The notes under the pieces: model-generated
Seen by the model: the letters and a program-made list of their open reading frames with translations, nothing else
Databases searched by the model: none
Told to the model about the DNA's origin: nothing
Assembly: GCA_043814095.1 (NCBI GenBank)
Contig: JBDRKI010000048.1
Coordinates: 11,273-75,272, forward strand
From: Armatimonadota bacterium
GTDB lineage: Bacteria > Vulcanimicrobiota > JACPDS01 > JBDRKI01
Direction of reading: 5' to 3'
Length of the DNA stretch: 64,000 nucleotides
Translations under genes and position numbers: made by a program
Part shown: piece by piece, positions 41,486 through 50,666 of the stretch
Position numbering within the stretch: the first letter of the stretch is position 1
How the letters are laid out: every line of letters begins with the position of its first letter

Positions 41486-41590
41486 GTATATAAGCAAGAG
41501 AAAATGCAAAATAAGTATAAATATGGGTAAAAACATATTCCTTAATTACATTTATTTGCAAGTATTCATAAGTGTTGCAGGCTCTATTGT

Positions 41591-41655
41591 TTGACTAATT
41601 GCAAATTTGTGCTATAATGGGTAATATAATTACCATTAAATGCTCAATTTTGCAA
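41591..41655 (+). promoter_or_regulatory. abiE promoter with long inverted-repeat operator
   Basis: TTGACT-16 nt-TATAAT (TG-extended); 27-nt arms at 41599-41625 and 41629-41655 (20/27 match) with a 3-nt spacer. Confidence 0.8.
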
Positions 41656-41665
41656 GGAGATATTT

Positions 41666-42457
41666 ATGAATTGCAAGGATTTTTTCAATAAATACCCTGT
41701 TTTTACTCTAGATGAATTTCGATTGGTTTTTAAAAAATACAAGCCAGTATCGGTTTATGATAACCTTAAATATTATCTTAAAAAAGATAAAATTTGCAGC
41801 GCAAAACGGGGGTTGTATTATGTTATTCCGGAAGGAAGCTTTGCTTCTGTATTTCAGCCGAATAAGATACTTTTAGCCTCTCGCCAGAGTAAAGATGCTG
41901 TTATAGCTTTTCATTCTGCTTTAGAAGTTATGGGTTACGGGCACAGCTTTTTTCATAGATTTTTTTATTATTCAAGTTTTAGAAGAAGAAAATTTTCTTT
42001 TAGGGAGAATGAGTTTGTGTGCGTAAAAATTCCAGAAAACCTGAAAAAGAAAAAAGCGGAAGCCTTTGGCGTTGAGGAAGAATACTATCAAAATCTTCCG
42101 ATAAAATTCACTAATAGAGAGCGTACTTTTGTAGACTGTTTGGATAAGCCTCAGTTCGGCGGAGGAATTGAAGAAGTCTATCGCTGTATAGAAAAATATC
42201 CTTATCTTAATTTTGAAGAAGTTCTGAAATATTTAGACGCGCTGGGCAAGAGCAAGCTTTATGCCAAAGTAGGATTTTTTCTGGAACAGCATAGAGAGCA
42301 GTTTTATGTTGAAGAAGACCTGCTGAAAAAACTAAGAAAAAACAAACCTACCTCCATAGTTTATTTTGATTCTCAACGTAAATCCGGCAAGTTGATTGAA
42401 AATTGGAATCTGGTGGTTCCCGAAATAATCATTGAAAAAGGCTGGGAGGAATTTTGA
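41666..42457 (+). CDS. abiEi: Type IV TA antitoxin, AbiEi family
   Basis: N-terminal wHTH-like region (KRGLYY), AFHSALEVMG, TNRERTFVDCLDKPQFGGGIEE; coupled to the toxin gene. Confidence 0.88.
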   Translation: MNCKDFFNKYPVFTLDEFRLVFKKYKPVSVYDNLKYYLKKDKICSAKRGLYYVIPEGSFASVFQPNKILLASRQSKDAVIAFHSALEVMGYGHSFFHRFFYYSSFRRRKFSFRENEFVCVKIPENLKKKKAEAFGVEEEYYQNLPIKFTNRERTFVDCLDKPQFGGGIEEVYRCIEKYPYLNFEEVLKYLDALGKSKLYAKVGFFLEQHREQFYVEEDLLKKLRKNKPTSIVYFDSQRKSGKLIENWNLVVPEIIIEKGWEEF

Positions 42458-43413
42458 ATATCTCAGAACGCAGAATTAAGGATATAAATAATTTTACGAG
42501 CTTTAGCGGAAATTTAATTGAAAAAGTGCTCCGCCTTGAAGATCTGCTGAAAGATATTTTCAGACATCCCTATCTAAGGAATAAATTTCTGTTAAAAGGG
42601 GGAACAGCTTTAAATTTTTGCTATTTTAACAAATCAAGATTGTCGGTAGATATTGATTTGAACTATGTTGGAAGCATTGATATGGAAACCATGAAAAAAG
42701 AACGATTAAAAGCCGAGGAAGCTATAATAAAAATTGTACACGATAAGGGGTATATAATATCAGGAAATCCCGGCGAAGAACATGCGGGCGGGAAATGGAG
42801 CATTGTCTATACTGATTTGTCCGGTAATAATGAAAATTTAGAATTTGACATTAATTATCTCTACCGCGTGCCGATAGGAAAGCCAAATGCAAAAAATTTT
42901 AAGGCCTTTGACGATTCCGGGGAATTTGAAATATTAACTGTATCCACAGAAGAACTATTTGCGGGAAAAGTTGTTGCTGTTTTGGACAGAAGCACGCCCA
43001 GGGATATTTATGATCTTGTTAATATACAGAATTATTCAAAACCTTACAATTGCGATTTTTTCCGGAAGGCGGTTATTCTACTGGGGGCTTCCCGTAAAAA
43101 AGATTTTAGAAAAATGACAGCCGAAAAACTGGAAAGCATTTCCGACAGAGATATAGAATCATCCCTTTATCCGCTTTTATCTCGAAAAGAAAGAATCAGC
43201 AGAGAAAAACTTCTTGAAAAAGCGATTCCATTTGTTTCAAATTTATTAAATTTTACCGCAGAGGAAAAAGAATTTCTGGACCGATATCTGGACAATGCCG
43301 AGTACAAGCCGGATATTTTATTTCACAAGTACCCCGATTTAATCCCCAAACTGGAAAAGCACCCTTCGTTATTATGGAAAAAATTGAATGTGGAAAGATA
43401 TTTGGCGGACTGA
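42454..43413 (+). CDS. abiEii: Type IV TA toxin, AbiEii/AbiGii nucleotidyltransferase
   Basis: LKGGTALN, RLSVDIDL, ELFAGK, RSTPRDIYD; TTGA start/stop overlap. Confidence 0.92.
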   Translation: MNISERRIKDINNFTSFSGNLIEKVLRLEDLLKDIFRHPYLRNKFLLKGGTALNFCYFNKSRLSVDIDLNYVGSIDMETMKKERLKAEEAIIKIVHDKGYIISGNPGEEHAGGKWSIVYTDLSGNNENLEFDINYLYRVPIGKPNAKNFKAFDDSGEFEILTVSTEELFAGKVVAVLDRSTPRDIYDLVNIQNYSKPYNCDFFRKAVILLGASRKKDFRKMTAEKLESISDRDIESSLYPLLSRKERISREKLLEKAIPFVSNLLNFTAEEKEFLDRYLDNAEYKPDILFHKYPDLIPKLEKHPSLLWKKLNVERYLAD

Positions 43414-43433
43414 ATATCTCATAAAATATATTA

Positions 43434-43466
43434 TAATAAAGCATCCTCGCAAAGGATGCTTTATTA
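43434..43466. terminator. Bidirectional terminator between abiEii and the pseudogene
   Basis: TAATAAAGCATCCT-CGCAA-AGGATGCTTTATTA, perfect 14-bp arms. Confidence 0.8.
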
Positions 43467-44132
43467 ACACTAACTTAAGTTATCTGTTTATTCATCCGTT
43501 AATGTAAGCGTTATAATTCTTGATCCGTCTGCAGGAAGCTGCAACATAAGCTGTAATGGCTATTTGATAGCTTTAATTTTCAGCAAGTGTTTCCATGCTA
43601 TAAATCATATTTTGTGCTGTTGAAGTTAAAGACACCCATGCATTGGATTGAGCACCAGAAAAATTTGCTATCCACATTCTTAAAGTAGTATTGGCCGGCA
43701 TGTTTGCGTTAAGTACAGCGGTTATCTTTTTTCCTGTTTCATTAGTAGTGACATAACATTGCCCGGGGCCATAAGTATCAGCGGATGGCTCTGATCCGGC
43801 TGTTGCAGTGTCAATTGTTAAAGTTGTGTCGCCACCACTCAGATTAATCTCATTTATCGGATCAATCTCGTAATACACAGTCTGTGTGTCTGTTGTTCCC
43901 ACAAATACCGCTCATGCCAGAAATACTATTGCTACAAGCGCTATAAGTAGTTTTTTCACTTATGCTTATCTCCTTTCTTGTTGTTTTATTTTATGGCTTT
44001 CTTATCATAAAATATCAGTTATAAGAAACCTTGTTTTCCCTTCCCACCTATATTATACCCCCCCGCGGATACGGATATAGGTCAAATGGGGTATTTTTTG
44101 GTGAAAAATGGTACCAAAAGGAGTATTTTTGG
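43464..44132. repeat. Diverged direct repeat, copy 2
   Basis: Collinear with 40800-41485, including an identical 31-mer CATAAAATATCAGTTATAAGAAACCTTGTTT. Confidence 0.92.
43488..43959 (-). pseudogene. Pseudogenised paralogue of 40824-41306
   Basis: GTG start MKKLLIALVAIVFLA, then in-frame TGA (43912-43914) where copy 1 has Gly, a TAA at 43573-43575, and a frameshift near 43540 before LPADGSRIITLTLTDE. Confidence 0.9.
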
Positions 44133-44138
44133 AGGTTT

Positions 44139-46184
44139 TTAAAACCTCTGCCAGCCTTCTTCGGGAAGGATGGGTTTTGTCTGGTTGGTGCCTATAGTTA
44201 TGTCTTCCGATGGGAATGCTTTTATAACGGCGTCAAACCACCACTGGTTGGAAAAACCCCTGTAAACAAGGCGGGCTTCCCAGCAGTGAAAATCTTTTAT
44301 AATAGAATAATCCTGTGTTATAAGGCTTCTTGTCCTTATATCATATTCAGACCAGTACCTGAAATTAACCGTTTTGCCGAGAATTATATCCAGCTGGGTA
44401 TCCAAACTCTTCCAGTGGCGGGTCTGTGTATCATAATTAGCGCCGAAATTCAAATAACCGAAATTGCCCGGCGTTAAACTTAACCTGCATATCATATCCT
44501 GCCATTTTTTAGTATTTAAATTATATGAAGAACCCGCGCTTAAATTATAATTTTTATTATCAAAGACATTAATACTTCCCAGAAGCATTTTGTAATAACT
44601 TACCCTGTCCAGTTCTATGGGAGCCGAACCTAACGGGGACTGGTAGAAAAAATCAAGCCTGGCGGTTGAATATTTCGTGAACTGGCTGAAAACCCCTGTG
44701 CGGTTGCCTATTAACCTGTAATCAGCGCCATTATCATACCAGTATTTATTTGCGAATGTATGCGAATCCAGGTAGCTTTTGTCGGTAAGCTTCCATATTT
44801 TATACGGCAGGGCAAGCTCAACAAAACTTCTGGCTATCCTGTTAACAGCGGGTTTCTCCCTGAAAAGGCCGTAGCTTGCGGTTGCCTGGAAATCAAAAGG
44901 ACCGAACGGCATCCTGTGTGATATAAGGGAGACTTCCGGTTCCCTGTCCAGACCATTCTGAAGGGAACCCCCTGTTCTCTCATATGAAACCTGCGTATCA
45001 AAAACTTTGCCCGTATTATAAAATCTTAACACGGGATGGACATTATATGTTTCACCCGCGTTTGACCTGTTTTTTGAATAATCAAAATGGAAAAAACTTT
45101 TTAATGTAGGGCTTAAATTATATGTCTGGTAAAGATTGTATCCCTGGTTAAGGTTAAACCCTATATTATAAAGGGAAGAGGAAGCTACAAAACTTGATCT
45201 TGCGCCCGATCTGGACAACGAAAAAGAAGAGCTTTTGGCGGGGTAATTCTCCCCGCTTGGTACCTGATAATAATTAGAGCTGAAAAGATAGTTAAGCTTC
45301 ATATCCATGGGCAGCATATAATTTAACCTGGCGCTGTATTCATGGCGGGAATACTGTGAGAGAGTGGAATTCAGCTTGTAAAAATGGAGCGCCGCATCTC
45401 CCTTATCCTTAAAATCAAAATACTGGTCTAAGCCGTATCCCATACCCGTATTCTGGTGATAATCAAGAATAATAGTTCCGTAGTCTCTCTCCCCTGTCGT
45501 GTAATTTAAGGTTTCTTTTACTGTCAGCCCGTCAATATTATTAGAACTTATCTTTGGAATAACGCTCTGGAAGCTCTGTGCCCCGCCCCTGGGGCGCAGT
45601 GAGTACACCACCGAAGGAACCGTAAAAAGGGGTTTATTGTTAAAGTAAAAGGAGGCATCTTTTATAATCAGCTTATTATTAGGATAAACGATTATTCTTT
45701 TGGCTTTAATAAAATAATGGGGAGCCGGCAGATCACACGTGGTTGTTTTGACATTGTAAAAATTGAGCTCTTCCGGCTGGCCGAAAAGTTTTCTCCCCGA
45801 GAAAAACAATTTACCGGTCATCTGCCCTTCTTCAAAGCTTAACTGCTGGGTAAAGCCGGATATGTCATAAAGCACCGCTTCATGCAGGCTCGCATTATAT
45901 AAAAGTCTTTTTCCTTTAAACCTGTCGGTCTTGTATTCAATATCAACCTGGCCGGTAGCGGTAAGAATATTGGAGTTTCTGTCAAATTTCATCCCGGACG
46001 CTTTAATAACTATATCTTTTTGCTTAAATACAACATTGCCCGACGCGGTAATAGAGGTCCCGTCAGCTTGAATTGAATCAGCGCTGAAATCATAATAATC
46101 CGCAATGCCCGCTGTTTTCTGCTCTGAAAAAACAGCGGATACCGCCAGTATAAAAATTATTGCAAAAATTAAGCTTTTTTTCAT
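44139..46184 (-). CDS. LptD-like outer-membrane assembly protein
   Basis: Signal peptide; OstA-like N-terminus (SADSI, ASGNV, TTCD..PHYFIKAKRI), aromatic-rich beta-strand C-terminus with KDFHCWE and terminal Phe. Confidence 0.8.
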   Translation of the reverse strand: MKKSLIFAIIFILAVSAVFSEQKTAGIADYYDFSADSIQADGTSITASGNVVFKQKDIVIKASGMKFDRNSNILTATGQVDIEYKTDRFKGKRLLYNASLHEAVLYDISGFTQQLSFEEGQMTGKLFFSGRKLFGQPEELNFYNVKTTTCDLPAPHYFIKAKRIIVYPNNKLIIKDASFYFNNKPLFTVPSVVYSLRPRGGAQSFQSVIPKISSNNIDGLTVKETLNYTTGERDYGTIILDYHQNTGMGYGLDQYFDFKDKGDAALHFYKLNSTLSQYSRHEYSARLNYMLPMDMKLNYLFSSNYYQVPSGENYPAKSSSFSLSRSGARSSFVASSSLYNIGFNLNQGYNLYQTYNLSPTLKSFFHFDYSKNRSNAGETYNVHPVLRFYNTGKVFDTQVSYERTGGSLQNGLDREPEVSLISHRMPFGPFDFQATASYGLFREKPAVNRIARSFVELALPYKIWKLTDKSYLDSHTFANKYWYDNGADYRLIGNRTGVFSQFTKYSTARLDFFYQSPLGSAPIELDRVSYYKMLLGSINVFDNKNYNLSAGSSYNLNTKKWQDMICRLSLTPGNFGYLNFGANYDTQTRHWKSLDTQLDIILGKTVNFRYWSEYDIRTRSLITQDYSIIKDFHCWEARLVYRGFSNQWWFDAVIKAFPSEDITIGTNQTKPILPEEGWQRF

Positions 46185-46274
46185 AAATTACCAGCAGGAT
46201 AAATAATTAAGTAAATATAAGTTAATATAACCGTATTTTTTCGGTTAAGTCAAATAAATCCCTTTGAGGAACAG

Positions 46275-46877
46275 ATGCAAAAAATAGGAATTTTCGGGGG
46301 CACATTTAACCCCCCGCATAAAGGCCATATAAAAGCCGCTGAACAAATACTTGAAATTCTGGGCTTAGATAAGGTAATTTTTGTGCCGAACAGGCTCCCT
46401 CCCCACAGACTCGTAGAGCTTAATATTGAAAGTTCCGACAGATTTAAGATGGTAGAGCTGGCGGTAAAAGGTAATCCTAAACTTGAGGTTTCGGACATAG
46501 AACTTAAAAGAGAAGGCAGGTCATATACTTATGATACTATAGCCGGCTTGAAAAATTCTTATCCCGGTGATAAACTTTATTTTATAGCGGGTATTGAAGC
46601 ATTAACCGAGTATAAGTGGTATAAATTAGACGATATTCTCGCCATGCTTGAAGGCTTTATGGCAATTACAAGGCCGGGATCTTCAAAAGAAGAATTTTAT
46701 TCTAATTTAAAGAATTTAAATTTAGCAAACTTTGAAAAGATAAAACCGGTTGACATTGAAGCGCTGGATATATCATCAACAAAAGTACGCAAGATGATTA
46801 AAAACGGAAAATCCTTAACTTCAATGCTCCCGGAAAAGGTAATTAAATACATTAATGAAAAAGGATTATATAAATAA
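46275..46877 (+). CDS. nadD: Nicotinate-nucleotide adenylyltransferase
   Basis: GGTFNPPHKGH, PPH, SYTYDT, ISSTKVR. Confidence 0.96.
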   Translation: MQKIGIFGGTFNPPHKGHIKAAEQILEILGLDKVIFVPNRLPPHRLVELNIESSDRFKMVELAVKGNPKLEVSDIELKREGRSYTYDTIAGLKNSYPGDKLYFIAGIEALTEYKWYKLDDILAMLEGFMAITRPGSSKEEFYSNLKNLNLANFEKIKPVDIEALDISSTKVRKMIKNGKSLTSMLPEKVIKYINEKGLYK

Positions 46878-47208
46878 TTTGGAGGCCGCAATTAATACTA
46901 AAAACGAATTAAAATCAATAACAAAAATACTGAAAGATAAAAAAGCAAAAGACATTACCGTTGTTGACCTGACTTCTAAAAGCATCCTGTGCGATTATTT
47001 TGTAATTGTAACAGCCACATCAAAAACCCATTCTAAATCTCTTGTGGAAAATATTTCAATAGAGCTTAAGAAAGAAAAAATATACCCGCAGTCAATACAG
47101 GGTCTGCGGGAAGCGGGCTGGATAATAATGGATTACGGTTCAATTGTGGTTCATGTTTTCACAGACGGTAAAAGGGAGTTTTATAATCTGGAAGAGCTGT
47201 GGAAATAA
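46855..47208 (+). CDS. rsfS: Ribosome silencing factor (start uncertain, possibly ATT at 46891)
   Basis: DKKAKDI, DYFVIVT, WIIMDYGSIVVHVF, REFYNLEELW; follows nadD. Confidence 0.95.
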   Translation: MKKDYINNLEAAINTKNELKSITKILKDKKAKDITVVDLTSKSILCDYFVIVTATSKTHSKSLVENISIELKKEKIYPQSIQGLREAGWIIMDYGSIVVHVFTDGKREFYNLEELWK

Positions 47209-47212
47209 TTAA

Positions 47213-48253
47213 CTAATCATATCCCATATTCCGCGCGATTTTCCGCCATAAATTCATATCCACAATTCCGGCACAGGATGCCGCATGGCCCGATACTATT
47301 TTATCCCGTATATCTTTAGGCTTTACGCTATCTATAAATTTTATCGCATTTATTTTTGTATTTGTCTTTACTGTAAATTCCGCCATACCTTCTATATATC
47401 CGAAATTAACGGCAATAACGACATAAGACTGCAGTTTATGCGCCCACATTGAAGCTATAAGACCGCCTATATCAGAACGCGACTCAAAAGGTATAAGCGC
47501 AACCCTCCATTTAAAAACAGGCGCCGTATGGCGGATACGCTTGCATTCGTTATTTACTTCTTCCCTGTATTGCTGCAGAAGATATGCTTCAGGGAGCTTT
47601 CCCCGTATAATATCATCCGCAGACCCTGCTTCTGTCAGTAATTTCAACGCCGCCGCTATATCATAAGAAGATGAACGCCTGGCGGAATTAACAAGTATTC
47701 CTATTTCCTGCATGCTTTTTAAGGAGTTTTCATCTATGATATGTGAAATTATACTGAAAGGGTTATCCCTGCCAAGATCGCTTATTGTGCCCGCAGCCGC
47801 CAGATATCCCAAATCTTTCACATCAGATATGCTTGAACACAGGTCATACACAAGAAGAGACGTAGGCCTTATATTCTTATCAAAATAGGAGCTGATATTT
47901 TTTTTATTATCCCTTGCGGCATCCGCATAATGATGGTCTATAAATAGAACAGGTATATTATCTTTTGCCAGATTTTCATTAAAACCCAGATCAAGGACGA
48001 ACAATGCGCCCGGGTTTAATGATTTTATTTTATCCTTTAATGAAGTGCCGGATATTGTATCACTGTAATATGCTATATCCTCACCTTTACCGGGATAAAT
48101 GATTTCAGAAGAAATTCCTGTTTTCTTTAATGCCTTCTGAAGAATAACCCCTGCGCATAAACCGTCACAGCTTGCGTGAGCCAGGATAACGACCCTTGGG
48201 CTGTCTTTTATTTTTTCTATGAATTCTTTAAAAACTTCAATTTTATAAGGCAT
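47213..48253 (-). CDS. DHH-family phosphoesterase-like protein
   Basis: HASCDG (degenerate motif I), LDLG, IDHH, GTISD, C-terminal GH. Confidence 0.82.
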   Translation of the reverse strand: MPYKIEVFKEFIEKIKDSPRVVILAHASCDGLCAGVILQKALKKTGISSEIIYPGKGEDIAYYSDTISGTSLKDKIKSLNPGALFVLDLGFNENLAKDNIPVLFIDHHYADAARDNKKNISSYFDKNIRPTSLLVYDLCSSISDVKDLGYLAAAGTISDLGRDNPFSIISHIIDENSLKSMQEIGILVNSARRSSSYDIAAALKLLTEAGSADDIIRGKLPEAYLLQQYREEVNNECKRIRHTAPVFKWRVALIPFESRSDIGGLIASMWAHKLQSYVVIAVNFGYIEGMAEFTVKTNTKINAIKFIDSVKPKDIRDKIVSGHAASCAGIVDMNLWRKIARNMGYD

Positions 48254-49052
48254 ATTCCATCTCGTAATGTTCTAAAAATTCAATAAAACCAAGTTCTTTA
48301 AAATACTTCACCCTTATATCTTCTTCGGGGAGGTCAAGGATAAATAAATAAGAACTTTTTTCGAATACGGCATTAATAAGCGCTTTAAACGGTTCAAATT
48401 CTTCAGCGGCTATATCCACGATCTTAGTGTCTTTGCACAAAGCATAACCTAAAACTTCTTCTCCCTTATGAACAGTCAAACCAAAATCAGACTTTGTCTC
48501 CTCAACCGTTTCGTAAGCGCATAGCCAGCTTGGGTTTTCATTTTTATGAAATTCATTAAAACATTTAAGAATCTCTCCGGGTTCTTTCTTAACTGTTGTA
48601 AAAGAAGGATCAACTCCCTCCGGCATTATATTAAAATACTGGAACCTTTTTAATTTTCTGGTTGTCTTAAACCCCGTACTTTTATATAATCCGCAGGCCG
48701 CGGTATTATCACAGGCAACTTCCAGCACCATCTTCTTAAAGCCGGCTTCTTTTGCGAGCGCGATTGTTTTTTTAAGCAGTTCTTTCCCGTAACCGTGTCC
48801 CTGGTATTTTGTTATCACGCCCATGGGGCCCAGATGAACCGTTTGACCGCGCGCGCCGCATACGGCAAGCCCCGCGGGCCCGTTATCCATGTACATTATA
48901 ATGCTTAAGGGGTAATTTATGCTTATGCTTTCAAAATGCTCTTTTAATTCTTCAACTGTCGGATTGACATTATAAAAATATGTAGAAAAGGAATCAGCCA
49001 TTACTTCTCTTATTAACGGGAGGTCTTCTTCTTTACATCGTTTAAATATCAT
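48243..49052 (-). CDS. GNAT-family N-acetyltransferase
   Basis: YQGHGYGKELL, LEVACDNTAACGLYKSTGF; degenerate second GNAT domain. Confidence 0.9.
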   Translation of the reverse strand: MIFKRCKEEDLPLIREVMADSFSTYFYNVNPTVEELKEHFESISINYPLSIIMYMDNGPAGLAVCGARGQTVHLGPMGVITKYQGHGYGKELLKKTIALAKEAGFKKMVLEVACDNTAACGLYKSTGFKTTRKLKRFQYFNIMPEGVDPSFTTVKKEPGEILKCFNEFHKNENPSWLCAYETVEETKSDFGLTVHKGEEVLGYALCKDTKIVDIAAEEFEPFKALINAVFEKSSYLFILDLPEEDIRVKYFKELGFIEFLEHYEMEYAL

Positions 49053-49055
49053 GCT

Positions 49056-50504
49056 TTAACCGCTGTCTGTATCTGTGCTGTTTTCTTTTTCATTAAGGCC
49101 GCTGCGCCTTATGCCGTATAAGAAATAAATGATTACCCCGAGCCCCATCCATCCTAAGAACCTTACCCAGGTAAGCATAGGCAGTTTAGTCATAAGATAA
49201 GCGCATGATAAAGCTCCGAGAATAGGTATTAAAGGCACGGCAGGACACTTAAAAGGTCTTTTAAGATCGGGTTTCGTGTACCGTAAAACAATAATGCCCG
49301 CGCAGACAAGAACAAAAGCGAACAGTGTTCCTATGTTGCAGAGCTGGGCTACGGTTTCTATATTGGTAAATCCGGCGGCAAACGCCACTATAATTCCCGT
49401 TAATATGGTCGTTATATAAGGGGTGCCGAATTTTTTATGCACTTTTGAAAGGCCTTTCGGGAAAAGGCCGTCTCTTGACATAACAAAGAAAATCCTGGGC
49501 TGAGCCATAAGCATGACGAGTATGGTGCTTACCAAAGTAATAACGGCTCCGGCGGAAATAATACCGGAGAATTTCGCCCTGCCCGCTTCAATAAGGGCTT
49601 TGGCTATGGGCGCGGCATCGTTTAATTTCGTGTAATGAGCTATACCTGTTAATACGGCCGCGACAGCAACATACAACAGCGTGCATACAATTAACGATCC
49701 CAAAATCCCGATAGGCAGGTCTTTCTGCGGGTTCCTGGCTTCCTCTGCGGTTGTTGTAATAGAATCAAATCCTATGTATGCGAAAAATACCACAGCCGCA
49801 CCCGCCATTACGCCGTTCCAGCCGAAAGGCATAAAAGGCTTCCAGTTTGTGGGATTTACTTTGATTATTATCACGCCCACAAAAAGGAAGAATAAGATTA
49901 TCAATATTTTTATCATAACGACTATGTTATTAACCTTCGCGCTTTCTTTTATACCGAAAACCAGCAGTGTCGTGACCGCGAGAATTATGATTACGGCCGG
50001 AAGGTTAATGTAGGTAGTTACTCCTTGTATCGCGCCGGGAGCAGCAGTCAGGCAAGCCGGAATTTTTATATTAAAAAGTTTATGAATTAAATCAACAAAA
50101 TAGCTGGACCATCCTATGGAAACGGCGCACGCTCCCACGGCATATTCAAGTATAAGGTCCCAGCCGATAATCCACGCTATAAATTCTCCCATAGTCGCGT
50201 AAGAATACGTATACGCGCTTCCGGCTATGGGGATTAAAGACGCGAATTCGGCATAGCAAAGAGCTGTAAAAGCGCACGCTATCGCCGTAAACACGAAAGA
50301 TAAAGTTATCGCAGGTCCGGCGTATTTAGCGGCCGCAACCCCGGTTAAAACAAATATACCGGCTCCAACAATAGCCCCTATCCCTATAACGGTTATATCA
50401 AACGCGTTGAGAGCGCGTTTTAAGGTATGCTCCTGATCAGCCGATTCCTTCATTATCCTGTCAACGGATTTGGTCCTGAAAAGCTTAGATAAAAAACCTG
50501 CCAT
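49056..50504 (-). CDS. APC-family amino acid permease
   Basis: GAIVGAGIF, AGSAYTY, FFAYIGFD, multiple TM helices. Confidence 0.95.
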   Translation of the reverse strand: MAGFLSKLFRTKSVDRIMKESADQEHTLKRALNAFDITVIGIGAIVGAGIFVLTGVAAAKYAGPAITLSFVFTAIACAFTALCYAEFASLIPIAGSAYTYSYATMGEFIAWIIGWDLILEYAVGACAVSIGWSSYFVDLIHKLFNIKIPACLTAAPGAIQGVTTYINLPAVIIILAVTTLLVFGIKESAKVNNIVVMIKILIILFFLFVGVIIIKVNPTNWKPFMPFGWNGVMAGAAVVFFAYIGFDSITTTAEEARNPQKDLPIGILGSLIVCTLLYVAVAAVLTGIAHYTKLNDAAPIAKALIEAGRAKFSGIISAGAVITLVSTILVMLMAQPRIFFVMSRDGLFPKGLSKVHKKFGTPYITTILTGIIVAFAAGFTNIETVAQLCNIGTLFAFVLVCAGIIVLRYTKPDLKRPFKCPAVPLIPILGALSCAYLMTKLPMLTWVRFLGWMGLGVIIYFLYGIRRSGLNEKENSTDTDSG

Positions 50505-50666
50505 AAAAACCCCCTTTAAAGGATTTTAGGATACAATACGCATATTTATATAATGTAACACTATTTTCTCAAAGCAGCAAATTTATCCTTTAAGTAGGGG
50601 TTTTAAAATAAGTATAGAATACTTGATTTGGCTTTAAGCCGGTAAATAATACATATGGAGTATAAT

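Noticed and set aside
43912-43914. TGA aligned to Gly, suggesting UGA recoding
   Set aside because: TGA terminates bona fide genes here (hpt, abiEi, abiEii, murQ), and the same copy has a TAA and a frameshift, so it is a pseudogene.
44031-44477. 148-aa plus-strand ORF
   Set aside because: Spans the repeat promoter and the antisense of the LptD-like gene; no coding signature.
50505-50666. glmS ribozyme upstream of glmS
   Set aside because: Short AT-rich divergent spacer with no recognisable conserved ribozyme core.
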